DNA of 64,000 nt from Mobula hypostoma (lineage: Eukaryota): positions 148,678,001-148,742,000 of the forward strand of contig NC_086097.1 in assembly GCF_963921235.1 (NCBI RefSeq), in the 5' to 3' direction. The notes under the pieces were generated by a model. It had not been told where the DNA came from. It saw only the letters and a program-made list of their open reading frames with translations, and made no database searches. Positions 1-12,569 of this stretch are shown piece after piece (position 1 is the stretch's first letter; the number at the start of each line of letters is the position of its first letter). The position numbers were made by a program, and so were the translations under genes.

Positions 1-1227
1 CAGCTGGCCCTAACCCGCCTAGACAAAAAAGACGCATACGTTCGAATGCTGTTCATAGACTTCAGTTCAGCATTCAACACAATCATTCCTCAGAAACTGA
101 TTGGAAAGCTGAGCCTACAGGGTCTGAACACCTTCCTCTGCAACTGGATCCTAGACTTCCTAACTGGGAGACCTCAGTCTGTCTGGATTGGAAGCAGCAT
201 CTCCAACACCATCACACTGAGCACGGGGGCCCCCCAGGGCTGTGTGCCCAGTCCACTGCTGTTCACTCTGCTGACCCACGACTGTGCTGCAACACACAGC
301 TCAAAGTACATCATCAAGTTCACCGATGACACGACCGTGGTGGGTCTCATCAGCAAGAACAAAGAGTCAGCATACAGAGAGGAGGTGCAGCAACTAACAG
401 ATTGGTGCAGAGCCAACAACCTGTCTCTGAATGTAAACAAAACTAAAGAGAAGTTTGTTGACCTCAGGAGGACACAGAGTGACCACTCTCCGCTGAACAT
501 CGACGACTCCTCCGTAGAGATCGTTAAGAGCACCAAATTTCTTGGTGTTCACTTGGCAGAGAATCTCACCTGGTCCCTCAACACTAGCTCCACAGCAAAG
601 AAAGCCCAGCAGCGACTCTACTTTCTGCGAAGGCTGAGAAAAGTCCATCTCCCACCCCCCATCCTCACCACATTCTACAGAGGTTGTACTGAGAACATCC
701 TGAGCAGCTGCATCACGGCCTGGTTCGGAAAATGTACCATCTCGGATCGCAAGACCCTGCAGCGGATAGTGAGGTCAGCTGAGAAGATCATCGGGGTCTC
801 TCTTCCCGCCATCACAGACATTTACACCACACGCTGCATCCGTAAATCAAACAGCATTATGAAGGACCCCACGCACCCCTCATACAAACTCTTCTCCCTC
901 CTGCCATCTGGAAAAAGGCACCAAAGCATTTGGGCTGTCACGACCAGACTATGTAACAGTTTCTTCCCCCAAGCCATCAGACTCCTCAATACCCAGAGCC
1001 TGGACTGACACCAACCTACTGCCCTCTACTGTGACTATTGTCTTGTTTATTATTTATTATTATTTATTGTAGTGCCTGCACAGTTTTGTGCATTTTATGC
1101 AGTCCTGGATAGGTCTGTAGTCTAGTGTAGTTTTTGTGTTTTTTCTTACGTAGTTCAATGTAGTTTTTGTATTGTTTCATGCACCATGGTCCAGTTGTGG
1201 TTGAAATGACAATAAAAGTGACCTGAC
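1..1227 (+). mobile_element. Rex1/Babar-clade LINE, 3' part (RT ORF to 1008 plus 3' UTR); its tail resumes at ~2448-2465 after a nested CR1
   Basis: Frame open from base 1 to 1008 with [42 protein letters not shown] and [14 protein letters not shown]-rich UTR, AATAAA at 1211, then a gacttga-type tail. Confidence 0.9.
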
Positions 1228-2447
1228 TGGGAGATGCAGTGGATGTTGTATATTTGGATTTTCAGAAGGCGTTTAACAAGGTGCCACACATGAGGCTACT
1301 TAACAAGATAAGAGCCCATGGAATTACGGGAAAGTTACATACGTGGATAGAGTGTTGGCTGATTGGCAGGAAACAGAGAGTGGGAATAAAGGGATCCTAT
1401 TCTGGTTGGCTGCCGGTTACCAGTGGTGTTCCACAGGGATCAGTGTTGGGGCCGCTTCTTTTTACATTGTACATCAACGATCTGGATTATGGAATAGATG
1501 GCTTTGTGGCTAAGTTTGCTGACGATACGAAGATAGGTGGAGGGGCCGGTAGTGCTGAGGAAACGGAGAGTCTGCAGAGAGACTTGGATAGATTGGAAGA
1601 ATGGGCAGAGAAGTGGCAAATGAAGTACAATGTTGGAAAGTGTATGGTTATGCACTTTGGCAGAAATAATAAACGGGCAGACTATTATTTAAATGGGGAA
1701 AGAATTCAAAGTTCGGAGATGCAACGGGACTTGGGAGTCCTCGTACAGGATTCTCTTAAAGTTAACCTCCAGGTTGAGTCAGTAGTGAAGAAGGCGAATG
1801 CAATGTTGGCATTCATTTCTAGAGGAATAGAGTATAGGAGCAGGGATGTGATGTTGAGGCTCTATAAGGCGCTGGTGAGACTTCACTTGGAGTACTGTGG
1901 GCAGTTTTGGTCTCCTTATTTAAGAAAGGATGTGCTGACGTTGGAGAGGGTACAGAGTAGATTCACGAGAATGATTCCGGTAATGAGAGGGTTAACATAT
2001 GAGGAACGTTTGTCCGCTCTTGGACTGTATTCCTTGGAGTTTAGAAGAATGAGGGGAGATCTCATAGAAACATTTTGAGTGTTGAAAGGCATGGACAGAG
2101 TGGATGTGGCAAAGTTGTTTCCCATGATGGGGGAGTCTAGTACGAGAGGGCATGACTTCAGGATTGAAGGGCGTCCTTTCAGAACAGAAATGTGAAGAAA
2201 TTTTTTTAGTCAGAGGGTGGTGAATCTATGAAATTTGTTGCCACGGGCAGCAGTGGAGGCCAAGTCACTGGACGTATTTAAGGCAGAGATTGATAGGTAT
2301 CTGAGTAGCCAGGGCATCAAAGTTTATGGTGAAAAGGCGGGGCAGTGGGACTAAATAGGATAAAATGGATCAGCTCATGATAAAATGGTGGAGCAGACTC
2401 GATGGGCCGAATGGCCTACTTCTGTTCCTTTGTCTTATGGTCTTATG
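1228..2447 (+). mobile_element. 5'-truncated CR1 LINE (RT C-terminal half plus 3' UTR)
   Basis: ORF 1239-2078: VYLDFQKAF, SGVPQGSVLGPLLF, KFADDTK, LYSLEFRRMRGDLIE; ends in a tcttatgg repeat tail. Confidence 0.93.
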
Positions 2448-2474
2448 GACTTGACTTGATTTGAACGTGTTACA

Positions 2475-3285
2475 GACCTGAAAATCCAAGTATGCAACAT
2501 CAACCAAATCTCCTTTGTCTATCCTGCATGTTATTCTTTCAAAGCATTTCAACTGATTTGTCAGGCAAGATTTTCCCTTCAGGAAACCATGCTGACTATA
2601 CTCCATTTTATCGTGTGCCCCCAAGTATCCTGAAACCTAATCCTTAACAATCGACTCCAACATCTTCCCAACCACTGAGGTCAGACTAACTGGCCAGTAA
2701 TTTCCTTTTTGCTGCCTCTCTCCCTTCTTGAAGAGTGGAGTGAAAATTGCAATTTTCCAGTCTTCCAGAAACATTCCGGAATCTAGTGCTTCTTGAAAAA
2801 TTCTTATTAGTGCCACCACAATCTCTTTCAGAACCCTGGGATGTGAACCATAAGGTCCAGGTGACATCAATCTTCAGACTTTTCATTTTCCCGAGAGCTT
2901 CTCCCTTGTATTAGAAACTTCACATACTTCATGACCCCTGATACCTGGAACTTCCACCATACTGTTAGTGTCTTCCACAATGAAGACTGATGCAAAATAC
3001 TTATTCAGTTCGTCCACCATTACTTTGTCTCCCATTACTACCCCTACAGCATCGTTCCCAGCAGTCCAATATCCACTCTCACCTCTCTTTTACACTTTAT
3101 GTATCTGAAGAAACTTTTGGTATCCTCTTTAATATTATTCGCTAGCTTACTTTCATATTCCATCTGTATTTTTCTTAATGAATTTTTAGTTGCCTTCTGT
3201 TGGTATTTAAAAGTTTCCCAATCCTCTAATTTCCCACTAATTTTTGTTCTAGTATATGGCTTCTCTTTGGCTTTTGCGTTGACTG
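2475..3285 (-). mobile_element. CR1 LINE internal fragment (RT N-terminal region), degenerate
   Basis: Minus-strand peptides SPGP..HPRVLKE, TPLFKKG..GNYWPVSLTSVVGKMLE, QHGFLKGKSCLTN, VAYLDFQ. Confidence 0.88.
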
Positions 3286-3610
3286 AGCAATAAATATTAA
3301 GAACATGAGATGAAGAGTCTTTGAAAGTGAGTGCATAGGTTGTGGGAATATTTCAATAATGTGGCAAGTGAAGTCAAGTGAATTTATCCCCTTTGGTTCA
3401 AGAGTCTGATAGTTGAGGGGTAATAACTGTTACTGAACCTGGTGGTATGAGTCTTCCTGATGACAGCAGCAAAAGGAGAACATATCCTGGGTACTGGGGG
3501 TCCCTGATGATGGATGCTGCTTTCCTGCAACAACACTTTGTGTAGATGTGCTCAATAATGGGGAGGGTTTTCCCTTTGATGGACTGAGCTGTATCCACTA
3601 CTTTTAGTAG
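3286..3610 (-). mobile_element. Rex1/Babar LINE 3' fragment
   Basis: TAQSIKGKTLPIIEHIYTKCCCRKAASIIRDP resembles the Rex1 C-terminus; similar to 18440-18760. Confidence 0.8.
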
Positions 3611-4306
3611 TTCATCATCTGATTGAGAACTTTCTTACTTCCAGTAAGACTTGCCATATGGAGTGTATTTGTACCACTCTCTACCAGAACAACACATGGG
3701 CTGTGGAGAGGATTAATTTAGACATAACGTTCACAAGCTCACATCAGCATTTCATCATGACATTCTGATTTTCTCTGTTAATCATTAGAATTAAACATCT
3801 CAAGTTTCAAAGCAATTTCACAGACTTCCTACAACTCCTAAGATAGGTTCATTAAGTATGTTTTAAATGTGATTGTGGCAGCTAATGGATCACACAATAA
3901 ATGCTTCTCTGTGAAATAGGGCACATTTCGATAAAGAAAGCTTGTCAGTCATTCAACAGTTTCTGCCAGTTCGAATCGAGTTACTTTCCACTTTATGTTC
4001 TCCATTATTATTCCACATTCTGATGATGGTGGTAATTCCAAAAAGAATATAAAATGTGCCCTTTGGTGCTTAGTGCTCAGTGCCTCAACTAATTTTCCCG
4101 GCACGATATAGCAGTGAGTCACTGTGCAATCATAAGAATTTTGTTGGTTGTTTTCATCTAGACAAATCCGCTTTACATAGAAGAATCCTGGAGAATTTGT
4201 AGATAGCAGGAACAAGGAAAAGTAAAGGGAGATACGAGAAAAAGCAGAAAATACTGGAAGCATTCAGCAGGATTAACAGCAGCTGCAGAAAGAGAACTGA
4301 TATGTT

Positions 4307-5605
4307 AACAACAGGAATTCTGCAGATGCTGGAAATTCAAGCAACATACATCAAAGTTGCTGGTGAACGCAGCAGGCCAAGCAGCATCTATAGGAAGAGG
4401 CGCAGTCGACGTTTCAGGCCGAGACCCTTCGTCAGGACTAACTGAAGGAAGAGTGAGTAAGGGATTTGAAAGCTGGAGGGGGAGGGGGAGGTGCAAAATG
4501 ATAGGAGAAGACAGGAGGGGGAGGGATAGAGCCGAGAGCTGGACAGGTGATAGGCAAAAGGGGATACGAGAGGATCATGGGACAGGAGGCCTAGGGAGAA
4601 AGACGGGGGGGGGGTGACCCAGAGGATGGGCAAGAGGTATATTCAGAGGGACAGAGGGAGAAAAAGGAGAGTGAGAGAAAGAATGTGTGCATAAAAATGA
4701 GTAACAGCTGGGGTACGAGGGGGAGGTGGGGCCTAGCGGAAGTTAGAGAAGTCAATGTTCATGCCATCAGGTTGGAGGCTACCCAGACGGAATATAAGGT
4801 GTTGTTCCTCCAACCTGAGTGTGGCTTCATCTTTACAGTAGAGGAGGCCGTGGATAGACATGTCAGAATGGGAATGGGATGTAGAATTAAAATGTGTGGC
4901 CACTGGGAGATCCTGCTTTCTCTGGCGGACAGAGCGTAGATGTTCAGCAAAGCGGTCTCCCAGTCTGCGTCGGGTCTCACCAATATATAAAAGGCCACGT
5001 CGGGAGCACCGGACGCAGTATATCACCCCAGTCGACTCACAGGTGAAGTGATGCCTCACCTGGAAGGACTGTTTGGGGCCCTGAATGGTGGTAAGGGAGG
5101 AAGTGTAAGGGCATGTGTAGCACTTGTTCCGCTTACACGGATAAGTGCCAGGAGGGAGATCAGTGAGGAGGGATGGGGGGGACGAATGGACAAGGGAGTT
5201 GTGTAGAGAGCGATCACTGCGGAATGCAGAGAGAGGGGGGAGGGAAAGATGTGCTTAGTGGTGGGATCCCGTTGGAGGTGGCGGAAGTTACGGAGAATAA
5301 TATGTTGGACCCGGAGGCTGGTGGGGTGGTAGGTGAGGACCAGGGGAACCCTATTCCTAGTGGGGTGGTGGGAGGATGGAGTGAGAGCAGCTGTACGTGA
5401 AATGGAGGAGATGCTTTAAGAGCAGAGTTGATAGTGGAGGAAGGGAAGCCCCTTTCTTTAAAAAATGAAGACATCTCCCTCGTCCTAGAATGAAAAGCCT
5501 CATCCTGAGAGCAGATGCGGCGGAGACGGAGGAATTGCGAGAAGGGGATGGCGTTTTTGCAAGAGACAGGGTGAGAAGAGGAATAGTCCAGATAGCTGTG
5601 AGAGT
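4307..5605 (-). mobile_element. Young 5'-truncated Penelope-like element (Neptune type): RT thumb, Cys linker, GIY-YIG endonuclease and terminal repeat
   Basis: ORF 4733-5059 GVIYCVRCSRRGLLYIGETRRRLGDRFAEH...GMNIDF; linker TYPCKRNKCYTC; HSYLDYSSSHP..CKNAIPFSQFLRLRRICS; TSD CTGATATGTTA at 4297-4307 and 5606-5616. Confidence 0.93.
4403..4440 (-). ncRNA. Minimal type I hammerhead ribozyme in the PLE terminal repeat
   Basis: Minus strand TAGTC-CTGACGA-AGG(GTCTCGG)CCT-GAAA-CGTC-GACTG: core CUGANGA/GAAA, stems I and II, palindromic ACGU stem III, GUC site. Confidence 0.85.
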
Positions 5606-8124
5606 CTGATATGTTACTTTGTTTCACTTTCCTGACTGCTTGTGTTTTTATTTCAGGTTTTCAACATCTGCAAATCAGTAGCAAGGACAGGATAATGGAT
5701 ACAAATTTTAAAGTCAAGCTTAACTATGTGGAGACTGAAACGACGCTTGACATTAACACAATGAAGATTAACGTTTAGGATGAAATATAGAAGAAATGAT
5801 TGTAGTAATAGAATTAATGAAGCCTGGGAAAGAGGATTCTTTGAGGGTAGATTTTGCTGATAAAAACAGCATCCAAGTCAAGATGCCATTAGCAAATGGC
5901 TCATCAGGCAACAACCTGTAAAGAGACTGGGAGGTGCTAATAGCGCAAGCAGCCTTTTAGCAACATGATATTTATGCTGCTAATCAACTGTTTTTGACCA
6001 CATAGTGAATAATTATAGATAGGAAATCTTACACCTTCAGGATGTAGATTGTAAATATAATAACGTAAATATGTTAACCCTTCCACTGCCAAGGACATGA
6101 AACACAATTGCAGCAACTCTGCTATCTGGATATATAGAGAATCTAAGCATGGGATTTTATGATCTGCATTGTACAAAACCTTGTGGATCGTGAAACATTT
6201 AAGAAGAATGCCCATGATCACATGAAAACCCTGAACTGTAGCAACGTACTAAAACACAGCAATCATTTAAACAGTACTTCCCTTCCTTAATATCTCAGCA
6301 TATTTTTTCCCAGTCTTAAGCTGAACTGTGCAGATCTGAACATCAAATTTCCAGTCTACATTGTTAATTGATCTGGGGGCACAATTAATGACTTAAAGAG
6401 AGGGGATAAATACTTTTTTGGTTTCTGATCCAATATTGAGCAGTTAGGTTTGGGCAATTGCTGAAGACAATTTTTTTGGCTGGAAGGCATTCATTGTCAA
6501 ACTTCACATATAAATAATCAACAGCTTAGTGGGACACAAGGGGAAAGAGTCCCTCCTACAATAAAGTTACATTTTTTATAAAAGTGGAAGCAATGGAATT
6601 TCATTCCACATATTTGAATTAAATATGACAGTGGAATGGCATGAAAGCTGAAATACTTCAGATTTAAATTTAAAATAACTTTTAAATCAGCTTCCTCAGC
6701 TTTCTTAATTTTTCCCCTCTTTCGTCCAACCACATCATTCCCCACCCGTACTTCATCCGAGCAAAAGTCTCACAAGCTGCAGGACGACTTGGTAAGCTGA
6801 CAGACTGTCAGAAGCTGCTCACAGAGAAACCCTGATCTTTGCAAGATTTTAGCAGAAAAATTTATTCCTGACTCGCCTGTAGCGAGAGTGAAGAATGGCT
6901 ATGTTCCCTTTCTGCATGGATTTGAAATCACAGTGGTACACAAATCAGTGGATCAGGGTAAAATGGCCATTCATCATTCCCAAAGCCTGAATCAACAGGC
7001 CAAAAATAAGTCATGGATTTTTCCTTAGGTTCAAATAATTTGCCTGTTAATGTGAAGTGACAGGTAAAGAAAGCAAATCTCCCTACCTTCGCCCATTGCA
7101 ATATGAATTTTGGCTTTGGATAACAGAATAGTCATTATTTAATAAAACTGAAATAAAGATTACTTGACTGGCGTTTCTAGCAGTAAAATCTGATCACAAA
7201 GCTTTGAAAAAATAAAAAGAGACAATGCTTGGCATACTTGTTAGCGCAAGTCATAATTTAACCTCATAGGGTGAAGCTTAGGGATGCAATTTTAGTGGCA
7301 AACTGCTGACTTCAAAACTCTGCATTGCCAAATACTAGTGTTTCTTCTACTACTCAAAAGAAAGAAGCCACCATATATTTTGTGAAACTTTGGATTGTGT
7401 TCTATCACTGCAATCAGCCTTTGGAGGAATCATTATAACACAGTTTCATCTGCCTGTTCAGGTGGGTAATTCCCAAAGATAAATGCGAGGATCTGCATTA
7501 TACCTCTTTCATCCACATACCTGCTCTTCACTTGCTCCTTGCACAGAATGATTTATACTTTTCTCTATAATAAAAAAATAGCTGCAAAAGGCATTAGTTT
7601 TCTTCAAAAAATATCAAGTAGTGTCATCAGGTCCTATACAAATACAAACAGGATTTCATTTATTACTTTAAGTGTTACATATCTGGACTGCCGAATGGGA
7701 ATAGTAAATAAGGCAGCTTTTGTCCTGCAGATTTCGCAGCTAGCCCAAAATCTTCCATAAACTTGAGTTTATCAAAAAAGCTGCTGTCCTTATCTTATTA
7801 AGCATCCAGTTCCTTCACCCTTCATTATTAATCCACTATTGACTCAGTTTTGAAATTTTCATTCTCTTATAAAATTTGGCCTTGGCCTCCACCCTTTTTT
7901 CTCCTCCAACTTCCTTTGACCATAATAGAACAATTTCTTTGTCTTACTGTTGATAGCTTGCCCTGTCCAAAGCCTAAGTTCTGGAATTCACCCCTAAACT
8001 GTGGTCTCCTCTCACATCTTAGGTTATCCACCATAAAATCTACCACTTTCCCTTCCTTAATACAGTATTTCCGTTCTTGTCTCAATATTTTTTATTTACC
8101 TAACTCTGTCTGAGAATTTGATGG

Positions 8125-8265
8125 TGAATCCTGATGAAGGATCTCAGCCCAAAAGGTCAACTATTTATTCCTCTCCATAGATGTTCCCAGACTTGTTGAG
8201 TTCCTACAACATTTTGTGTTTGTTGCTCTGGATTTCCAGCATCTGCCAAATCTTTTCTGTTTAAG
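8125..8265 (+). mobile_element. Old PLE terminal-repeat fragment with a decayed hammerhead
   Basis: cctgatgaaggatctcagcccaaaaggtc followed by ...gatttccagcatctgc. Confidence 0.7.
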
Positions 8266-8520
8266 TCATTCCTCAGCGTCCTTCAATCCAGGGAAAAGAA
8301 ACCCAGTCTTTCCAATCTCCTCCTTTAACTAAAGACCTCCAAGAACCACACTCTCTACTCTAAGTACAATCTAATTAGTGTTTTATAAAACTGTAATGTC
8401 ACAGCTCAGACCTTAGGGAAACACAAGGGATTAAAGACGCGAAAATTTCTGTAGCAAACAGTCCCAAAAAAGTGTTTCGATCCAAAACATTAACATTTTC
8501 TTTACCCCACAACCCAGACT

Positions 8521-9970
8521 CAAACAAGAGAAAATCTGCTGATGCTGGAAATCCAAGCAACACAACACAAAATGCTGGAGGAACTCAGCAGGCCAGGCAG
8601 CATCTATGGAAAAGAATAAACAGTTGATGTTTCTGGCCGAGACCCTTCATCAGGACTGGAAAAAAAGATGAGAAGTCAAAGTAGGGAGAGGGAAGGAAGA
8701 ACCACAAGGTGATAGGAGAAACCAGGAGGGTGGGTGGGGGGGCGGGCTGCTAGACAGAAGGTCATTGAAGAAAGAAAAGGGTGAGGAGCATCAATGGGAG
8801 GTGATAGGCAGGTAAGGAGATAAAGTGAGAGAGGGAAATGGAAATGGGGAATGGTGAAGTGGGGGGGGGGCATTACCAGAGGTTCAGTAAATCGATGTTC
8901 ATGCCATCCAGTTGGGGGCTACCCTGACGGAATGTAAGATGTTGCTCCTCCAACCTGAGTGTGGCCTCATTGCGACGGTAGAGGAGGCTATGGACTGACA
9001 AGTCGAAATAGGAATGGGAAGTGTGATTAAAATGGGTGGCCACTAGGAGGTCCTGCTTTTTCTGGCAGACTGAGTGGAGGTGCTTGGCGAAGCAGTCTCC
9101 CGATCTGCTTTGAGTCTCACCGATATACAGGAAGCCACACCAGGAGCACTGGATACAGTAGATGACCCCAACAGACTCACAGGTGAAGTTTTGCCTCACC
9201 TGGAAGGACCATTTGGGGCCCTGAATGGTAGTGAGGGACAAGGTATAGGGGCAGGTGCAGGAATTGCTCCACTTGCATGGATAGGTACCTGGAGATCAGT
9301 GGGGAAAGAGGAATAGACAAGGGAGTCACATAGGGAGCAATTCACTACAGAAAGGAGAAAGTGGTGGGGGGGGGAGGAAGATGTGTTTGGTGGTGGGATC
9401 CACTGGAGATTACGGAAGTTATGGAGAATTATCTGCTGGGTGCAGAGGCTGGTGGGGTAGAAGGTGAAGACAAGAGGAAGCCTATCCCTGAGGGGATGGC
9501 GGGAGGATGGGGTGAGGGCAGACGTGCACAAAGTGGAAGAGATGCGATTGAGGGCAGCGTTGATGGTGAAGGAACGGAAGCCCCTTTCTTTGAAGAAGGA
9601 GAAAATCTCCTTAGTTCTAGAATCGAAGGCTTCATCCTGACAGTAGATGCGATGGAGATGGAGGAATTGAGAGAAGGGGATGGCATTTTCATAAGTAACA
9701 GGGTGAGAAGAGCTATAGTCTGGATAGTTGTGAGAGTCAGTGGGTTTATAATAGACATCAGTAGATAAGCTGACTCCAGAGATAGAGACAAGAGATCGAG
9801 AAAGGGGAGGGAGGTGTCAGAAATGGAGCGGGCAAATTTGAGGGCAGGGTGGAAGTTGGAGGCAAAGTTGATGAAGTCGACGAGCTCCACAAGTGTGCAG
9901 GAAGCAGCACCAATGAATTCACCGATGTAGCACAGGAAAAGTTGGGGAGTAATACAAGTTCCACGTAGAC
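8521..9970 (-). mobile_element. Older Penelope-like element (RT C-terminus, GIY-YIG, terminal repeat)
   Basis: FINFASNFHPALKF..SISDTSLPFLDL; VIYCIQCSWCGFLYIGETQ; hammerhead remnant at 8621-8659 (CTGATGA...GAAACATC). Confidence 0.9.
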
Positions 9971-9972
9971 TG

Positions 9973-10277
9973 TTTATTATTTTATTTATTTATTTGGAGA
10001 TACAGCAGGGAATAGAACCTTCCAATCCTTTGGGGCCCACTACGCAGCAACCCTCAATTTAGCCGGAGCCTAATCATGGGACAATTTACAATGACCAATT
10101 AACCTAGTAAATGGTATGTTTTTGGACAGTGTGAGGAAACTGGAGCATCCGGAGAAAACCCACACGTTCCACAGGGAGAACATACAGACTCTTTACAGAT
10201 GATGTTGAAATTGAATCCGAACTCCGACGCCCCAAGCTGTAATCGCATTGTGCTAACCGCTACACTGACATGGCGCT
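9973..10277 (-). mobile_element. tRNA-derived V-SINE (HE1-like)
   Basis: Minus strand has a tRNA-like head, V-domain TGTTCTCCCTGTGGAACGTGTGGGTTTTCTCCGGATGCTCCAGTTTCCTCACAC, and an (AAAT)n tail. Confidence 0.8.
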
Positions 10278-10859
10278 TTAAATTTTCCAAATACCAAATT
10301 TTATATTCTCTTGTCCTGGTTGTTGAAAGTAAGCCTTACAGATACCTGTTTCACCACCATGTCTACCTGCATGCCACTTTCAAGGAAATATGGACTTGAA
10401 GCTTTGCTTCCTCCAGTCCATGAACATTCCTTAGTGTCCTACTGTATATGCCCTATTTGACTTCTCAAAATTCATCACTTTATACTTTTAAACTCCATCT
10501 ACCATCACTCTGATCAACTTTCTACTTGATCTATAGCCTGCTGTATTCTTCAGGACAAAAGATAAGAACTGCAAAGCATTGAAGATCTTTGATCAGCTTC
10601 AGTGGTTGCAGCTCTATTAGTTCTATTTATTATATGCCAGAGTCACTATTTATAATGCATATAGTCCCATGATATAGCTTCACCTAGCTCCCACACTCTC
10701 CATGAACCAGGCCTGGTTAGTAGAATGAACAATAACAGGGCATTGGATTGTAAAATTCTAAGACAGTTGATAGCCCATAATATCTTGTGGATTCCAGGTC
10801 TTGAACCGCCAGGTCTGTTCAGGGTCTATTGCACTAAGCATTATGGTCATGCATCACAA

Positions 10860-11540
10860 AATCAGAATCAGAATCAAATTTATCATCATTGACATATGCC
10901 ATGAAGTCTGTGTTGATTTGTGATAGTAGTACAGTGCAAGGCATAAAAAATACTATTACACAATAAATAATTAGTACAAAAAAAGAAGAAAGAAGAAGTG
11001 TTTAGGGGTTCATAGACTTCCAGAAATCTGATGGTGGAGTCATTGAATATGGGTCTTCTGGCTCTGCACACTCTCCCAAATGGTAGTAATGAGAAGAGGG
11101 CACATCCAGGTGGTGAGGGTTCCTAGTGACGATCCATCTTTTGAGGAACCCCCTTTCAACGATGTCCTTGATGTTGGGGAGGGTTGTGCCTGTGCAGAGC
11201 TGGCTGAATCTACAAGCATCTGCAGCCTCCTGTGATCTTGCATTGAGGCCTCTATAGCAGGGAGTGATGCAACCATTCAGAATGCACTCCACCACACATC
11301 TACAGAAATATGCAAGAGTCTTTGGTGACATATCAAATTCTTTCAAAACTCCTAATGAAGTAAAGCTGTTGGTGTGATTACATCACTTTGTTGGGCCACG
11401 ATTGATTCTCCGAGATGTTGATGCCAAGTTACATGAAGCGGCTCATCCTTTCTACCAATGACTGCTTCAATAAGAACAGGCATGTGTTCTCCTGATTTCC
11501 CCTTCCTGAAGTTCGCAATCAATTCTTTGGTTTTATGTGT
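10860..11540 (-). mobile_element. Rex1/Babar LINE 3' fragment, degenerate
   Basis: KTKELIANFRK, MSPKTLAYFCRCVVECILNGCIT; (ttctga)n tail. Confidence 0.8.
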
Positions 11541-12569
11541 AGATGGAATATGGTTTCCCACGAGAAATATGCGTTTTCATAAATATGCTTTTGCATGCTG
11601 CTGTGGACACATGGAACAGCTGAAATAGCGGAGTCAATGTTGATGATACCCAAGGCCAGTTCCATCACCTCTGGCGGCTTGGTCTGCTAGTGAGAGTTGC
11701 TGCATAAAACATTTATGATGGTGCTGGAATATTGGTTGTAAAGAAAAGTGTAGTCCAATTTACAATGTCATTACTGCCACTCTACATTGTTCATTTTAAA
11801 CTGCAGTTTTAATCTGATAAATTGATTAACATACCAATTATAACAATTAGCAGCAGTTACTGAAATAGTATGGGATAATTTTCCTTTTTTTCATGCCTTA
11901 ACATTTGTCTACTTAAAAATATTGAATTTATATCTAATATTTTAATATTTAAAAAATACAATCACAGAAACCATGAGGTCAAATTCTTCCTAAAGACATT
12001 TTCACCATTAATTTTTAGTGCAGGTGCAAAACAAGATTTAAGTTGGTTTACTGATAGGAAAAAATTCTCCCCCACATTACTTACAGCTAAATGTGAATTA
12101 TCAATGAGCCATTCTGCTATAGAGCTTCATTACTCTTGATAACGATCCAATGCATGCTGCATTACAGAATCATTTTAATTCATGGGTGATCTTTATAATA
12201 TTACAGTTCAGAATCCATTGAATGATATTCTTGATTTAAAAAGGCAATTATAATATTAATATAATTGGTTACTTCACACCATTCAATATATTTTAACCAC
12301 TCAATCATTACAAGAAAAATTGTCTTCTAAATGCATGGAGACAAAGGGGGAAATAGATAAAACAGATAAACAGTAATATACACATGCTAATCAACTTCCT
12401 TAAGGTGAAAAGACAATTAGCTATTTGTTTCAAAGAATTATGCAGAGGATACAGAAGTGATTTGTCTGATCCTATAAGTAATTTAAATAGTGTATATGTT
12501 GTAATAGTTTTCCAAATGCTAAAATAGTTAATATTTGTGCATCTTCTCAATCAGCATCAGAAACATCCA

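Noticed and set aside
1228..3285. Plus CR1 begins near the YLDFQ motif where the minus CR1 ends
   Set aside because: The inverted piece lies 3' of the plus copy, beyond a Rex1 tail, which does not fit twin priming; treated as coincidence
4305..4633. Recurrent ORFs such as [26 protein letters not shown] and [12 protein letters not shown], seen in several places
   Set aside because: They are translations of the non-coding PLE terminal repeat and ribozyme, not a gene family
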